IMG/VR virus record: IMGVR_UViG_3300038443_001578
Location: 1-64,000 of that record
Source of the DNA: a virus
Strand: one strand, 5' to 3'
Length of the DNA stretch: 64,000 nucleotides
In this document: positions 26,187 through 35,608 of the stretch, one piece after another
Layout of the letters: every line of letters begins with the position of its first letter
Numbering within the stretch: the stretch's first letter is position 1
The notes under the pieces: generated by a model
The model's input: the letters and a program-made list of their open reading frames with translations, nothing else
Databases searched by the model: none
What the model was told of the DNA's origin: nothing
Program-made: the position numbers and the translations under genes

Positions 26187-28808
26187 ATGGTTCAACCGAA
26201 GGACAACCTCCTCAAAGCGGCGACGGCGCTCGTGCAGGCCGGGATATCCGTCATACCGATCGAACCGGACGGCAATGCCAACGACGGTAAGCAGCCGATC
26301 ATCGTCGGGCAATCGGCCGACGGATCGCCGCAGCGTCTGTCCTGGCAACGGTATCAGAAACGCCTGCCGAATCAGAAAGAGCTTGAGGCGTGGTTCACCG
26401 TGTCTGGCCGCGGTATCGCCGTCATCTCCGGCGAGGTATCCGGACGGCTCGAGCTCCTCGATTTCGACGAGCCTGGGCTCTTCGAGCAGTTCGTCGAGGC
26501 CTGCCGGGACAACGATCTCGGGGACGTCGTCGACAAGTGCCCGCTCGACGAAACGCCCAGCGGCGGCCGCCATCTCTACTATCGATGCGAAGATGAGGTC
26601 GGGCCCAGGGTCATCCTCGCCCAGAAGCATAATCCCGACAATCCCTCGAAGCCCAAGATCCGCATTGAAACAAGGTCCGAGGGAAACTATACCGTCGTCC
26701 CTCCCACGCCGGCGGCTTGCCATCGGCTGAACAAACCGTATCGGATGCTTTGCGGCAAGCCGATCGAGGCACCGGTCCTTAGTGCTTACGAGCGCGCCGG
26801 GCTCCGCGCGATGGCGCGGCTCTTTAACGAATACGTCGCCCCCTCTGATCAGGTCAAGACGCCAAACCCACGTGGGCGACAGCCGTCGGGACTGCGACCA
26901 GGCGACGACTACAATGAGCGCGGCGACGCCGAAGCTATCCTGCAACGGCACGGCTGGACCCGAATCACGAACCGCAGCGGCGTTAACCTGTACCGCCGTC
27001 CCGGCAAATCGAAGGGCCAGAGCGCGACCTTCGGGACCCGGCCATCCGGGGGCACATGGCTGCACGTCTTTAGCTCGAGCGCCGCGCCGTTCCAATTCGA
27101 CAAGAATTACAATCCGTTTCAGATTTACGCTCTCCTGGAGCACTCCGGCGATTTTGCGGCCGCCGCTAAGGCCCTCGCCGCCCAAGGCTACGGTTCGCCC
27201 GCCGAGCCGCCCACGCGGCCCGCACAGGCGGCTGACGATGCATACGGCGACGATGACGCGCCCCACCCGTTGACGCCGGCGCCGTCGGGCCCAGCCGTCG
27301 CCGACGCGCCATGGGAGGACCCGATCCCGCTCGCCTCGTTCGATCTGCCGGCGTTTCCGATCCGCGCGCTGCCGGACCCGCTGCGGTCCATGGCGGCCGC
27401 CGTGGCCGAGCTCACGCAGGTCCCGATCGACATGGCCGCAAGTGTGGCCCTAGGCGTCTGTGCCGCGGCGACACGCGGACGCGTCCGCATCGACGTCGGC
27501 GGAACGTTCCCGGTCCATACCAACACGTACACCGTCGTCGTCGCCAAGCCGTCGGAGCATAAATCGAGTGTTCTGAAGTTGCTCGCCGCCCCACTCTATC
27601 AGGCCGAACACGAATTGATTACGGAGGCAAAGCCGAAAGTCAGGCTCGCCAAAGCGAAGGCGGAAAACCTCGAGGCGGAAATTGGAAAGCTCCGCAAGCA
27701 GCTCATGAATCCGAAGCTCGACCGCGTTGAGCGCCAGGCGAAGGAGGATGAGATCGACCAACTTGTTTTGCAGATGGCCGAAATACCCAACCTCCCGCAG
27801 ATCCTCGTCGACGACTCGACGACATCGGCTCTCGGACAGGTCATGGCCGACCAGCCAGACAATTCGGCCGCGCTGATTAGCGACGAGGGCGGCTTTTTTG
27901 ACACCCTCGCGAATTCCGGCAACAGCAAAACCGGCGGCCACGCCAGCCTCGACCTCGTGCTCAAAGGCTTCAATCAGGAGCCGACGCGAGTGAACCGAAC
28001 ATCGCGCGCCTATCTCTACATCCCGAAGCCGGCACTAACCATTTGCCTGATGGTACAGCCCAGCGTCATCGAGGCGTTCTCCGAGCAAAAACAGTTCCGC
28101 GGCAAGGGGCTTCTTTCACGCTTCATGTACGTGTATCCGAAATCGATCGTCGGATCGCGGACGTTCTCGCAGTCTTCGATCCCGAACGATGTACGGGAAG
28201 AGTACTACCAGGCGGTACGATCGCTGTTCGCAATTCCCAACCCGGTCACGGCCGAGGATCCTGGCGCCCACCACGTTATCCGCATCGCACGCCAAACCGC
28301 GGCAATGTCGCTCTGGGCCGAGTTCAACGCCAATCTCGAGACTCGGATCGGCGAGGAGGGCGATCTCTTTGCCTACGATGACTGGGGCGGCAAGCTATCC
28401 GGCCAGGCGGCGCGGCTCGCCGGCCTGTTCCACGTGCTCCAGCATCAAAACATCGCCTCCGCTATGGCGGTCCCGATCTCGGACGACAACATGTGCCGGG
28501 CACTGGCGATCGCGCAATATCTCATCCCGCACGCGCTGCGCACCTTTGGTGAAATCGTCCATGGAGGCAGCAACAAACTCGCCATGAGAATCGATTCGTG
28601 GATACTCAAGAGAGGTATCACCGAGTTCAAGTTCCAGCAGGTCCGAGACAGCCACAATGACCGGTCCGACGACGAAATCGACCTCGCACTCGAATTGCTT
28701 TGCAAATACAACCGAATACGCCAGATAATTCCCGATCGGTCGAAAGGCGGCCGCCCTGGCAGGCTTCCTTACCACGTCAATCCAAAGGTCCTTGGTGCAA
28801 AAAAATGA
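26187..28808 (+). CDS. Bifunctional Prim-Pol fused to DUF3987 (YfjI-like) helicase; replication initiator
   Basis: LLDFD, TPSGGRHLYY, VVPPT; WEDPIPL..FP, SDEGG, GLLSRF. Confidence 0.88.
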   Translation: MVQPKDNLLKAATALVQAGISVIPIEPDGNANDGKQPIIVGQSADGSPQRLSWQRYQKRLPNQKELEAWFTVSGRGIAVISGEVSGRLELLDFDEPGLFEQFVEACRDNDLGDVVDKCPLDETPSGGRHLYYRCEDEVGPRVILAQKHNPDNPSKPKIRIETRSEGNYTVVPPTPAACHRLNKPYRMLCGKPIEAPVLSAYERAGLRAMARLFNEYVAPSDQVKTPNPRGRQPSGLRPGDDYNERGDAEAILQRHGWTRITNRSGVNLYRRPGKSKGQSATFGTRPSGGTWLHVFSSSAAPFQFDKNYNPFQIYALLEHSGDFAAAAKALAAQGYGSPAEPPTRPAQAADDAYGDDDAPHPLTPAPSGPAVADAPWEDPIPLASFDLPAFPIRALPDPLRSMAAAVAELTQVPIDMAASVALGVCAAATRGRVRIDVGGTFPVHTNTYTVVVAKPSEHKSSVLKLLAAPLYQAEHELITEAKPKVRLAKAKAENLEAEIGKLRKQLMNPKLDRVERQAKEDEIDQLVLQMAEIPNLPQILVDDSTTSALGQVMADQPDNSAALISDEGGFFDTLANSGNSKTGGHASLDLVLKGFNQEPTRVNRTSRAYLYIPKPALTICLMVQPSVIEAFSEQKQFRGKGLLSRFMYVYPKSIVGSRTFSQSSIPNDVREEYYQAVRSLFAIPNPVTAEDPGAHHVIRIARQTAAMSLWAEFNANLETRIGEEGDLFAYDDWGGKLSGQAARLAGLFHVLQHQNIASAMAVPISDDNMCRALAIAQYLIPHALRTFGEIVHGGSNKLAMRIDSWILKRGITEFKFQQVRDSHNDRSDDEIDLALELLCKYNRIRQIIPDRSKGGRPGRLPYHVNPKVLGAKK

Positions 28809-28827
28809 CAGTATGGCCTATTTACAA

Positions 28828-29196
28828 GAGGTTTCCGGGGAATGCCTCAGAGCCTCATTTCGGGAGGGTAGTCAGATGGAAAACAGAAAAAACACCGTCA
28901 AAATTGTCGAATTAAATCGAGGTTTCCGGGGGTTTCCGGGGGTGGCACCCCGGAAACCTCTCAGATGGAAATCGGGGGTTTCCGGGGTTTCCGGGGTATT
29001 TTTCGGGCTAACCCATCTGACTCGCGCGTTAAGCAAATTTTAGACTCCATATTTATATTTATATACTAAAGGAACATGAGTCCATGGAAATCAATACTGG
29101 CCGCGATTATTATTCGATGTACGTTTCTGTATATGAATCGATAAACCCTAACTCTGGCGAATCTACCCCGGAAACCCCGGAAACCCCGGAAACCTC
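28828..29196. repeat. Iteron-like GGTTTCCGG array; putative replication origin
   Basis: About 9 copies in both orientations flanking an AT-rich tract (~29040-29070), directly after the primase-helicase. Confidence 0.75.
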
Positions 29197-29662
29197 GGGA
29201 TTTAATTGGGCTCAATTTGTGCCAAAAACGAGGCCTTCCCATCTAACGGCCAATCACATCGAGGGCTATTTCTTTTGTCTCGGGGCGGAATTAATCGTCG
29301 AAAATGGCGAAATTAAACCTCGGCGGCTCGTAAATACTGCCCCTCATTGGCTCGTCGACGGGCTGACAGAGCACGCGTCGGACATGCTGCCGTACTTCAC
29401 CAAGCGCCAAGCCGCGGCCTCCCTCTTCGAGCGCATCGAATTCCTCAAGCACTACGAGACAAAGGGCAATAAACCGCGCCAGGATCTCATCGATTACCTC
29501 GCCAAGCAAATTGTGCGGTTTGGCTCGTCGTGCGATCTCGAGAAGGGCTACACGGACCCATACGACCCGTTCGCAGCCACTGCGCTTGAGACTTTGGAAG
29601 CCGCCTTTATTGAGCTTACGAGGCCCGGCAATCCTTATCCGTTGAGGAGAGACAGTGGGTAG
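29084..29662 (+). CDS. Hypothetical protein
   Basis: 192-aa ORF overlapping the right iteron cluster (PET repeats). Confidence 0.55.
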   Translation: MEINTGRDYYSMYVSVYESINPNSGESTPETPETPETSGFNWAQFVPKTRPSHLTANHIEGYFFCLGAELIVENGEIKPRRLVNTAPHWLVDGLTEHASDMLPYFTKRQAAASLFERIEFLKHYETKGNKPRQDLIDYLAKQIVRFGSSCDLEKGYTDPYDPFAATALETLEAAFIELTRPGNPYPLRRDSG

Positions 29663-29773
29663 GTCCGTTCTTTACTCAGGTTTTTCGATTACCTTACGCG
29701 CATGCGCGGAGATTTTCAACAGGACTTAATTTTTCAACAATTCAACCGGCGTTGTCCGGTGAGGAGATTCGAT

Positions 29774-30187
29774 TTGAAATACTACATCGCAACCAAACTT
29801 GAAAACCATGCGCAACATAATACTCTCCGCGACACCCTTGCCGCCTTCGGGCATCAAATCACGTACGATTGGACGACCCACGGCCCGGTTTGGCGCGATG
29901 GAATCGACAGATGCCGCGCGGTCGCGCTACTCGAAACAAAGGGCGTTCTGGACGCGGACGTCGTGATTGTGCTCTGGCCGGGCGGACGAGGCACGCATGC
30001 AGAACTTGGCATCGCCATTGGCGCCGGCAAACCGGTCGTTTTTGTCAGCGACGTCGAGGGCCATCATCAGGCATCGCCGGAAACATGCGCGTTCTACCAC
30101 CACCCGTCAGTACTGCGATTCCACTATGTTGACGATATCCCGTGGGCACTTGATCGGATTGACCGAGTGCGTGAGGCGTGCCGATGA
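29774..30187 (+). CDS. Nucleoside 2-deoxyribosyltransferase-like protein
   Basis: YYIA, TYDWT, E..GV..AD, GGRGTHAELGIA; AGGAG RBS before TTG. Confidence 0.75.
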   Translation: MKYYIATKLENHAQHNTLRDTLAAFGHQITYDWTTHGPVWRDGIDRCRAVALLETKGVLDADVVIVLWPGGRGTHAELGIAIGAGKPVVFVSDVEGHHQASPETCAFYHHPSVLRFHYVDDIPWALDRIDRVREACR

Positions 30188-30816
30188 AAAATATACCGTT
30201 TGACGATATCGTAGGGCAGAAGTTCAACCGATTAATTGCTCTTCGGAGGATTTCACGATCAGGGCAAACACGATTTCTGTTTCGTTGCGACTGCGGGAAC
30301 GAACCCGTTTTATCCGCCTCTAACGTAGTTCGCGGCCATACCAAGTCGTGTGGATGCTTAAAGGCAGAAGGGAACAACTTGCGTCACGGCAGAGCTCGTA
30401 AACACAGCCGGTCTCGCCTTTACACGATCTGGATTTCAATGAAGGCACGCTGTACCAATGTTCGCTGTGCTAGATACGCAGATTATGGTGGTCGCGGAAT
30501 TGCAATCGATCCTCAGTGGAATGACTTCTCCACCTTCCAATTATGGGCGGTCAATAATGGTTATTCGGATGATTTAGAGATCGATCGCATCGATAACGAC
30601 GGCAACTACGGCCCCTCAAATTGCCGTTGGGTTTCAAGGACGTGCAACTCGAATAATCGACGGAGTTCTAACCTCGTTTCAGCTTGGGGCGAAACGAAGT
30701 CTACGGCAGAATGGGCGAGAGATACTCGCTGCGCGTTCTTATACGACACCCTTCGGCGTCGTTGTCGCCGTGCCGGGATGAGCCCTGAAGAGGCCATATC
30801 AGGGAGGAAGCCGTGA
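30184..30816 (+). CDS. HNH homing endonuclease
   Basis: CDCG, SCGC, YGGRGI, IDRIDNDGNYGPSNCRW. Confidence 0.88.
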   Translation: MKNIPFDDIVGQKFNRLIALRRISRSGQTRFLFRCDCGNEPVLSASNVVRGHTKSCGCLKAEGNNLRHGRARKHSRSRLYTIWISMKARCTNVRCARYADYGGRGIAIDPQWNDFSTFQLWAVNNGYSDDLEIDRIDNDGNYGPSNCRWVSRTCNSNNRRSSNLVSAWGETKSTAEWARDTRCAFLYDTLRRRCRRAGMSPEEAISGRKP

Positions 30817-31127
30817 CTACATGGAATGTGGCTGGAATCGGCAAGTGTGGCTGTGGATGCAGCTCAGTTTTGCTTTTCACCGACTCCGCCGGCATGTGGG
30901 CGGCCGCCGGCTGCGAGCCGATCTGCTTGGGCTGCACGACGCTCCGCGCGGCCTGGTGGAAGCACGTTAAGTGCTCCGCCGGGCAGCTTCCGACGATTAC
31001 CGAACTTGCCACCGCATGGCAGGTTCAGCGAGCCTTGCAGATCTATGTTCCGACGATCGAGGTCGAAGTGCCGAACGGCTGGTCGGGACGATCGAACACG
31101 GGCCGCAGGTTGCGGACGAGAGGATAA
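30813..31127 (+). CDS. Cys-rich hypothetical protein
   Basis: Coupled GTG start; CGC, CLGC. Confidence 0.5.
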   Translation: MTTWNVAGIGKCGCGCSSVLLFTDSAGMWAAAGCEPICLGCTTLRAAWWKHVKCSAGQLPTITELATAWQVQRALQIYVPTIEVEVPNGWSGRSNTGRRLRTRG

Positions 31128-31133
31128 AGTAAC

Positions 31134-31670
31134 GTGAAACTCATCTTTCTGGACGTCGACGGCGTCCTCAACGACCATAGCAAGTTCTCGAATGGATACT
31201 GCGGCATCCAGGGGCAGCCCGTGCGCGAGCTGAACCGGATTCTTGCCGAGATCCCGGACGCCCGAATTGTACTGACATCGGCATGGCGGTATCTGGTCAC
31301 CAACGGTTCCATGACGCTTGCCGGTCTCGAAGCCTTGTTGCTGAGCCATGGCGTCGACTGCTACCGAAGAGTACTCGCGATCACCTATACCGACGAGCAT
31401 ATGGCGCGAGTACTCGGTCGCCCTGTGCAACCGGCGATCTCGGCAGAAGAGTGGTTTGCTTGGATCAAAGAGCACGGCATTATGACCCGAGAGCGCCAGA
31501 TAGCGCGTTTTCTCGACACTGTGCCACGGGAGGAGATGGGCGGCTACGTGGTCCTCGACGACCTGGCGCTCGATGTTCCCCACTTCGTTCAAACCGACGG
31601 CCTCGTAGGCCTGACGGCTGCCGATGCCGATTGCGCTATTGCGATCCTGAAAGGAGCCGACCGTGGTTGA
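31134..31670 (+). CDS. HAD-family domain protein (RNA-repair-type HAD)
   Basis: IFLDVDGVLN, VLTSAWR, VVLDD, GLT. Confidence 0.85.
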   Translation: MKLIFLDVDGVLNDHSKFSNGYCGIQGQPVRELNRILAEIPDARIVLTSAWRYLVTNGSMTLAGLEALLLSHGVDCYRRVLAITYTDEHMARVLGRPVQPAISAEEWFAWIKEHGIMTRERQIARFLDTVPREEMGGYVVLDDLALDVPHFVQTDGLVGLTAADADCAIAILKGADRG

Positions 31671-32058
31671 TAACAATGGGATATTACTTGGTCGCATGAC
31701 CAAGGACGCCGAATTAAAATATACCTCAAGCGGCATTGCGTACTGTTTTTTTTCCATAGCTATCAATAAATATCAGTCGAAGGAGGCAAGAGAAAGCGGC
31801 CAAGAGCAAAAGGCCGACTTCTTCGATATAACTGCATGGCGTGAGACAGCCGAGGCCGTAGTGAAATACGGTGGTAAAGGCAAGATGGTGGCGGTGTCAT
31901 ACCATCTGGGCACGAGAGATATTCAGAAAGACGGCGTAACGTTCAAGCAGACGACGATCCTTGCGGACTTCTTTAGTGTGCTCGAACGACAATCGGCGAA
32001 TCGTGCATATAACGGCAGCGATGATTTGAGTGATGATGATGATCCGAGAGTCCGATGA
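31663..32058 (+). CDS. ssb: Single-stranded DNA-binding protein
   Basis: LLGRMTKDAELKYT, ADFFDITAWRETAE, acidic tail. Confidence 0.9.
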   Translation: MVDNNGILLGRMTKDAELKYTSSGIAYCFFSIAINKYQSKEARESGQEQKADFFDITAWRETAEAVVKYGGKGKMVAVSYHLGTRDIQKDGVTFKQTTILADFFSVLERQSANRAYNGSDDLSDDDDPRVR

Positions 32059-32252
32059 AGGCTGACTTACCCTACAAGGTGAATCCCGACGGATGGGGCG
32101 AGTGTGCTCGTTGCAAGACTGACGTCGGGACGATCGGCTTTGAGAGATTCGGCACTGTGGTTTGTGTAGCTTGCGCGAGCGATATCCGGCGAGGTACGGA
32201 CACGCGCAAGGAATGGTGGCGCAAGATGGAGGTGGGCAGCCAAGAGTTTTAA
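32055..32252 (+). CDS. Small Zn-finger protein
   Basis: CARC...CVAC. Confidence 0.55.
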   Translation: MKADLPYKVNPDGWGECARCKTDVGTIGFERFGTVVCVACASDIRRGTDTRKEWWRKMEVGSQEF

Positions 32253-32277
32253 TCGCTCTCTTGGCTCATCCTTGCGC

Positions 32278-32529
32278 CTACCCCGAATCTACGTCGTTGT
32301 TGGGATTGGTAGGCTTATTTGGATCAGTGAACGATTCAGCCTTCTTTGCCGCACGCGTAGGCCGCTCACCGCCGCCGCGCGGTTTATAGGCAGTAACCTC
32401 GTCTTCGTCGACGAGCGTGCGACCAAATTGCTCGTGGCGTGTGAGCTTGCCTTCGGAAAGCAGATAATACAGGGCCTTCACGGTCACCTTTAGCCGAACC
32501 GCAGCCTCTTGAACAGTAATTAGTCCCAT
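32278..32529 (-). CDS. Excisionase-like HTH_17 protein
   Basis: LITVQEAAVRLKVTVKALYYLLSEGKL; leaderless promoter upstream. Confidence 0.82.
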   Translation of the reverse strand: MGLITVQEAAVRLKVTVKALYYLLSEGKLTRHEQFGRTLVDEDEVTAYKPRGGGERPTRAAKKAESFTDPNKPTNPNNDVDSG

Positions 32530-32535
32530 GTCTAT

Positions 32536-32600
32536 ATTATGCACGATAATTAGAATGTTGTCAAACATAACTTGACACAATTCTAAATATGGTGTATACT
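32536..32600. promoter_or_regulatory. Divergent promoter pair (HTH leftward, SWIM rightward)
   Basis: Minus TTGACA-17-CATAAT; plus TTGACA(32572)-17-TATACT; repeated ATTCTAA boxes. Confidence 0.8.
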
Positions 32601-32686
32601 TAGACAGTATTCTAAATAAACGACCCCGAACAGAGTTCGCAGCTCTGTTCGGGGTCTACACCACGAACCTAATTGGGAGGCTCGCG

Positions 32687-33064
32687 ATGATTACGGATTC
32701 TACCCGGTCCTATGCTGTAGGACTCACTGAGCGCGGAAAAGTTGCGCTTGCAGCCGGTGTCGGTCGGCATCTTGCGGTGCGCGCCCAGCGCGGACGGAAC
32801 CTTCTTTCCCTCGGCTATAAGATCGTCGGCGCGGTAGCCACGCCGGGAACATACTTCGTCACCTCGCCGCAAGGCAACTTCTACATGGTCGAACTTTCCG
32901 CTACCGTCGCCCGGTGCAACTGCCCGGACTTCAAGAAAAACGGCATGCCTTGCAAGCACCTGGCCGGGGTCATGTTTCATCAGTCGGAGATCGACGCCGA
33001 GACGGAGGCGACGCGCGCCACGCTGGCAAACGTTCACGAGTACCAGATGAGGGAGGCTGCCTAA
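32687..33064 (+). CDS. SWIM zinc-finger protein
   Basis: CNCPDFKKNGMPCKHL; GGGAGG RBS. Confidence 0.88.
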   Translation: MITDSTRSYAVGLTERGKVALAAGVGRHLAVRAQRGRNLLSLGYKIVGAVATPGTYFVTSPQGNFYMVELSATVARCNCPDFKKNGMPCKHLAGVMFHQSEIDAETEATRATLANVHEYQMREAA

Positions 33065-33324
33065 TGGACTACCGTGCTTCCTTCCACCGCAAGCCTTCCC
33101 GCCGACTCAGCCGGTCAGCGGCCCCCCAGGCACTCCAGCCCGGCGAGGTCTTCACGATCGGGAACCGCACCTACCGCGTCGAGCGCAAGCCGCTCTACGT
33201 CCATATCGACGAGGCCGAGGCCAAGGTCGGCGTCGAGCTTACGACCAGCGAGAAGAGCCGCATCGCCCGGCAACTCGAAACGATAACGGCCGCGCTGATC
33301 GCGGCCGCCCGATGTCCTGCGTGA
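33064..33324 (+). CDS. Hypothetical protein
   Basis: TAATG coupling with GGAGG RBS. Confidence 0.6.
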   Translation: MDYRASFHRKPSRRLSRSAAPQALQPGEVFTIGNRTYRVERKPLYVHIDEAEAKVGVELTTSEKSRIARQLETITAALIAAARCPA

Positions 33325-33401
33325 CGGCAGGCAGTCCCGCCAAGGAGGCCGCTGCGGTGTATGCCGTGGCGGCCATCGATATTTTGAAAGGTGCCTTTAA
33401 C

Positions 33402-34061
33402 ATGCCAAAGTTTATTGACATCACCGGCCAGACATTTGGTCGGCTTACCGCTGTCAGGCGTGTAGAGAACGATGTTAATGGGAATGTCCGATATCTCTTT
33501 CAGTGTTCATGCGGGAACGAAGTTATCGCTCGTAAGGGTGATGTCGTCGCATCGAAAAAAACGACATCGTGCGGTTGCTGGCAGAAGGAACGGACGTCGC
33601 AAGCCCAAACTACGCATGGCCTGTCTAAAACGCGCTTGTATCGCGTGTGGAACAATATGCGTAATCGTTGCGGAAATCCCAAGAATCTGGGCTTTCACGA
33701 TTATGGCGGCCGAGGAATAACAGTCTGCGTTCAGTGGCTTTCGAGCTTCGACGACTTTAATAAGTGGGCGAAGGCTACCGGCTACGCTGATAACAAGGAG
33801 ATCGATCGCATCAATAACGATGGCAACTATGAGCCGTCGAATTGTCGTTGGGTCTCGAAGGCTGTGAACCTGAAGAACACATCGCGTGTTATTCGGGTGA
33901 CGGCCTTTGGTGAGACGAAAAACCTGTCCGAATGGGCAGCCGATCCTAGATGCCGTGTATCGCGAAAAGCCTTGGCATTTCGTATCAAGAGCGGGGCCTA
34001 TTCGACACCAGAAGCCGCCATCACCACTGTTTCGTCACTGAAAAAGTCTTCTGCTCCCTAA
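33402..34061 (+). CDS. HNH homing endonuclease
   Basis: DITGQTFGRL, CSCG, SCGC, YGGRGI, IDRINNDGNYEPSNCRW. Confidence 0.88.
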   Translation: MPKFIDITGQTFGRLTAVRRVENDVNGNVRYLFQCSCGNEVIARKGDVVASKKTTSCGCWQKERTSQAQTTHGLSKTRLYRVWNNMRNRCGNPKNLGFHDYGGRGITVCVQWLSSFDDFNKWAKATGYADNKEIDRINNDGNYEPSNCRWVSKAVNLKNTSRVIRVTAFGETKNLSEWAADPRCRVSRKALAFRIKSGAYSTPEAAITTVSSLKKSSAP

Positions 34062-34162
34062 ATTATGTCTCAAGAGATCGCACTCGAAACAGCCGAATCG
34101 GAAGAATTACCCGCTAAAAAAGCCTCTTAAACGTGCCAAGCGGTGATTATTTTATGTACCAC

Positions 34163-34191
34163 TTGACATTTACTTTATGGTTGTGTACCAT
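34163..34191 (+). promoter_or_regulatory. Promoter upstream of the tRNA
   Basis: TTGACA-17-TACCAT, overlapped by the palindrome TTTATGG-N7-CCATAAA. Confidence 0.7.
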
Positions 34192-34280
34192 AAACACAGC
34201 AGACCGATCCGAGTGATACCAGGTAGCAGCAGGAAAGCCGCTGGAACAAGGCTTGACACTCCGGAGAGTACGGAGCTTGA

Positions 34281-34353
34281 CGCGCGGTGGAGCAGTTGGT
34301 AGCTCGCATGGCTCATAACCACGAGGTCGCCAGTTCGAGTCTGGCCCGCGCAC
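34281..34353 (+). tRNA. tRNA-Met(CAT), initiator-like, atypical
   Basis: Cloverleaf CGCGCGG...CTCATAA...TTCGAGT...CCGCGCA; C1:A72 mismatch; no encoded CCA. Confidence 0.9.
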
Positions 34354-34478
34354 TCAATACCTCGCAAAGCAGCATCGGCACACCAGGATGCCGAACCGGA
34401 GAGTGTAACCGGCTTCAACCCTCCATGAGTACTGCCCTATCAGGCTGGGCGACGAACCCGACTTACGCCTCAACCACA

Positions 34479-34766
34479 ATGCCATCATTTCGACAGAACC
34501 GCCGCGCCCTTATGGATGCGGCTATTATTTCGCGTCAGGCCGCGCGGGAATCGCGCATGCAGTTCCCCGCTATAGGCCCATCTCGTTGTGTCCCCAACGA
34601 TGTGCAATCGCTTGCCGATCAGATACAGCGACATAGCCCGAGCCGGGCGTGTCGCTGTTCTGACTGTGAGCGAGGCAGACGCATGCTCGCAAAAGGCATG
34701 CCGCCGGCAGAGCTGACTAACCGCCATGGCGAAAGTCGTCGGCCACAGTTCGCGTCCGAAGGGTAG
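34479..34766 (+). CDS. Hypothetical protein (CRCxxC)
   Basis: H...CRCSDC motif; weak RBS. Confidence 0.45.
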   Translation: MPSFRQNRRALMDAAIISRQAARESRMQFPAIGPSRCVPNDVQSLADQIQRHSPSRACRCSDCERGRRMLAKGMPPAELTNRHGESRRPQFASEG

Positions 34767-34776
34767 GGGAGGTTTT

Positions 34777-34989
34777 ATGAAGACCGCAACACTTAAGCCC
34801 GAAGAGGTTGCGGATCGGATATTTTGGGCAACTGGAACGCGTGTCCCCGTCGGCCTCATCAGGCAGTATATGGAGCGGATAAATCCAGAGAAATCAGCCA
34901 GTGTTGAGGACATCGTTGGAGACTTTTTGCGCTCGCGTGTGACCCAATCCGAACCTGTAACGGAAGCATACCGGTTAATTAAGCAATGA
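34777..34989 (+). CDS. Hypothetical protein
   Basis: GGAGG RBS. Confidence 0.55.
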   Translation: MKTATLKPEEVADRIFWATGTRVPVGLIRQYMERINPEKSASVEDIVGDFLRSRVTQSEPVTEAYRLIKQ

Positions 34990-35180
34990 AGAAAACGTCG
35001 ATCGAACCACGACCGATTTCTCAGCATGAGAAGGCCGCCAGTTTTGTTCGGGACTATTTGAGATCTCACGGCGAATGGCCGTCGATTAAGGCGATCGTAT
35101 ATGGCGCAAGTGTTGGAACGGGAACAGCCTGGCGCGCCATGAAAGCGGTCCACAGGTCGTTTCTGGACGGATCAAAGTAA
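34986..35180 (+). CDS. Small HTH-like protein
   Basis: PSIKAIVYGASVGTGTAWRAM. Confidence 0.55.
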   Translation: MKKTSIEPRPISQHEKAASFVRDYLRSHGEWPSIKAIVYGASVGTGTAWRAMKAVHRSFLDGSK

Positions 35181-35286
35181 CCATGTGGCGCTGCGTCGTG
35201 ATCTTCGGATGGTGCGCATATTTCAACGCCATCATCGTCCCGGCTGTTTGTACAGCGTATCAGCCGTGCCGCCGTGGTGGTGCGTA

Positions 35287-35499
35287 ATGTTCTGCCGCTC
35301 CTGCAATCTCGACCGCCCCACCTACGAGGATATCATCTCGAATCGCAGGTGCGTCCGGTGCGCCCGTTGCCATTACCGTATCGTCGAGGGCGAGGTAGTC
35401 CCGAACGAGATCCGAGCGCGACTGCTGGACCTATCGGAGTTGGTGCCTATCGAGCGCGGGAAGCCGGGCTCCATCCTCGATCAGATCTTCGGAGTGTGA
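35287..35499 (+). CDS. Small Zn-ribbon protein
   Basis: CRSC...CARC; start uncertain. Confidence 0.5.
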   Translation: MFCRSCNLDRPTYEDIISNRRCVRCARCHYRIVEGEVVPNEIRARLLDLSELVPIERGKPGSILDQIFGV

Positions 35500-35501
35500 C
35501 A

Positions 35502-35606
35502 ATGCGTACCCGACGTGGAGCGAGCTTGATCGAGATACTCCTCGTTATTGCCTTGTTTACGTTTTTATGCGTGCTCGCCTATCCGGCGATCGTCCACGGT
35601 CATTGA
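35502..35606 (+). CDS. 34-aa type IV prepilin-like peptide
   Basis: MRTRRG|ASLIEILLVIALFTFLCVLAYPAIVHGH; GGAG RBS; fills the gap between flanking genes. Confidence 0.65.
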   Translation: MRTRRGASLIEILLVIALFTFLCVLAYPAIVHGH

Positions 35607-35608
35607 TC

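Noticed and set aside
32627-32639. CGAACAGAGTTCG as a LexA box
   Set aside because: Spacer is 3 nt rather than 4 and it is part of a longer hairpin.
34700-34750. Hammerhead ribozyme (CTGAC...GAAA)
   Set aside because: CTGACTA does not match CUGANGA, flanking stems are unconvincing, and it lies in a plausible ORF.
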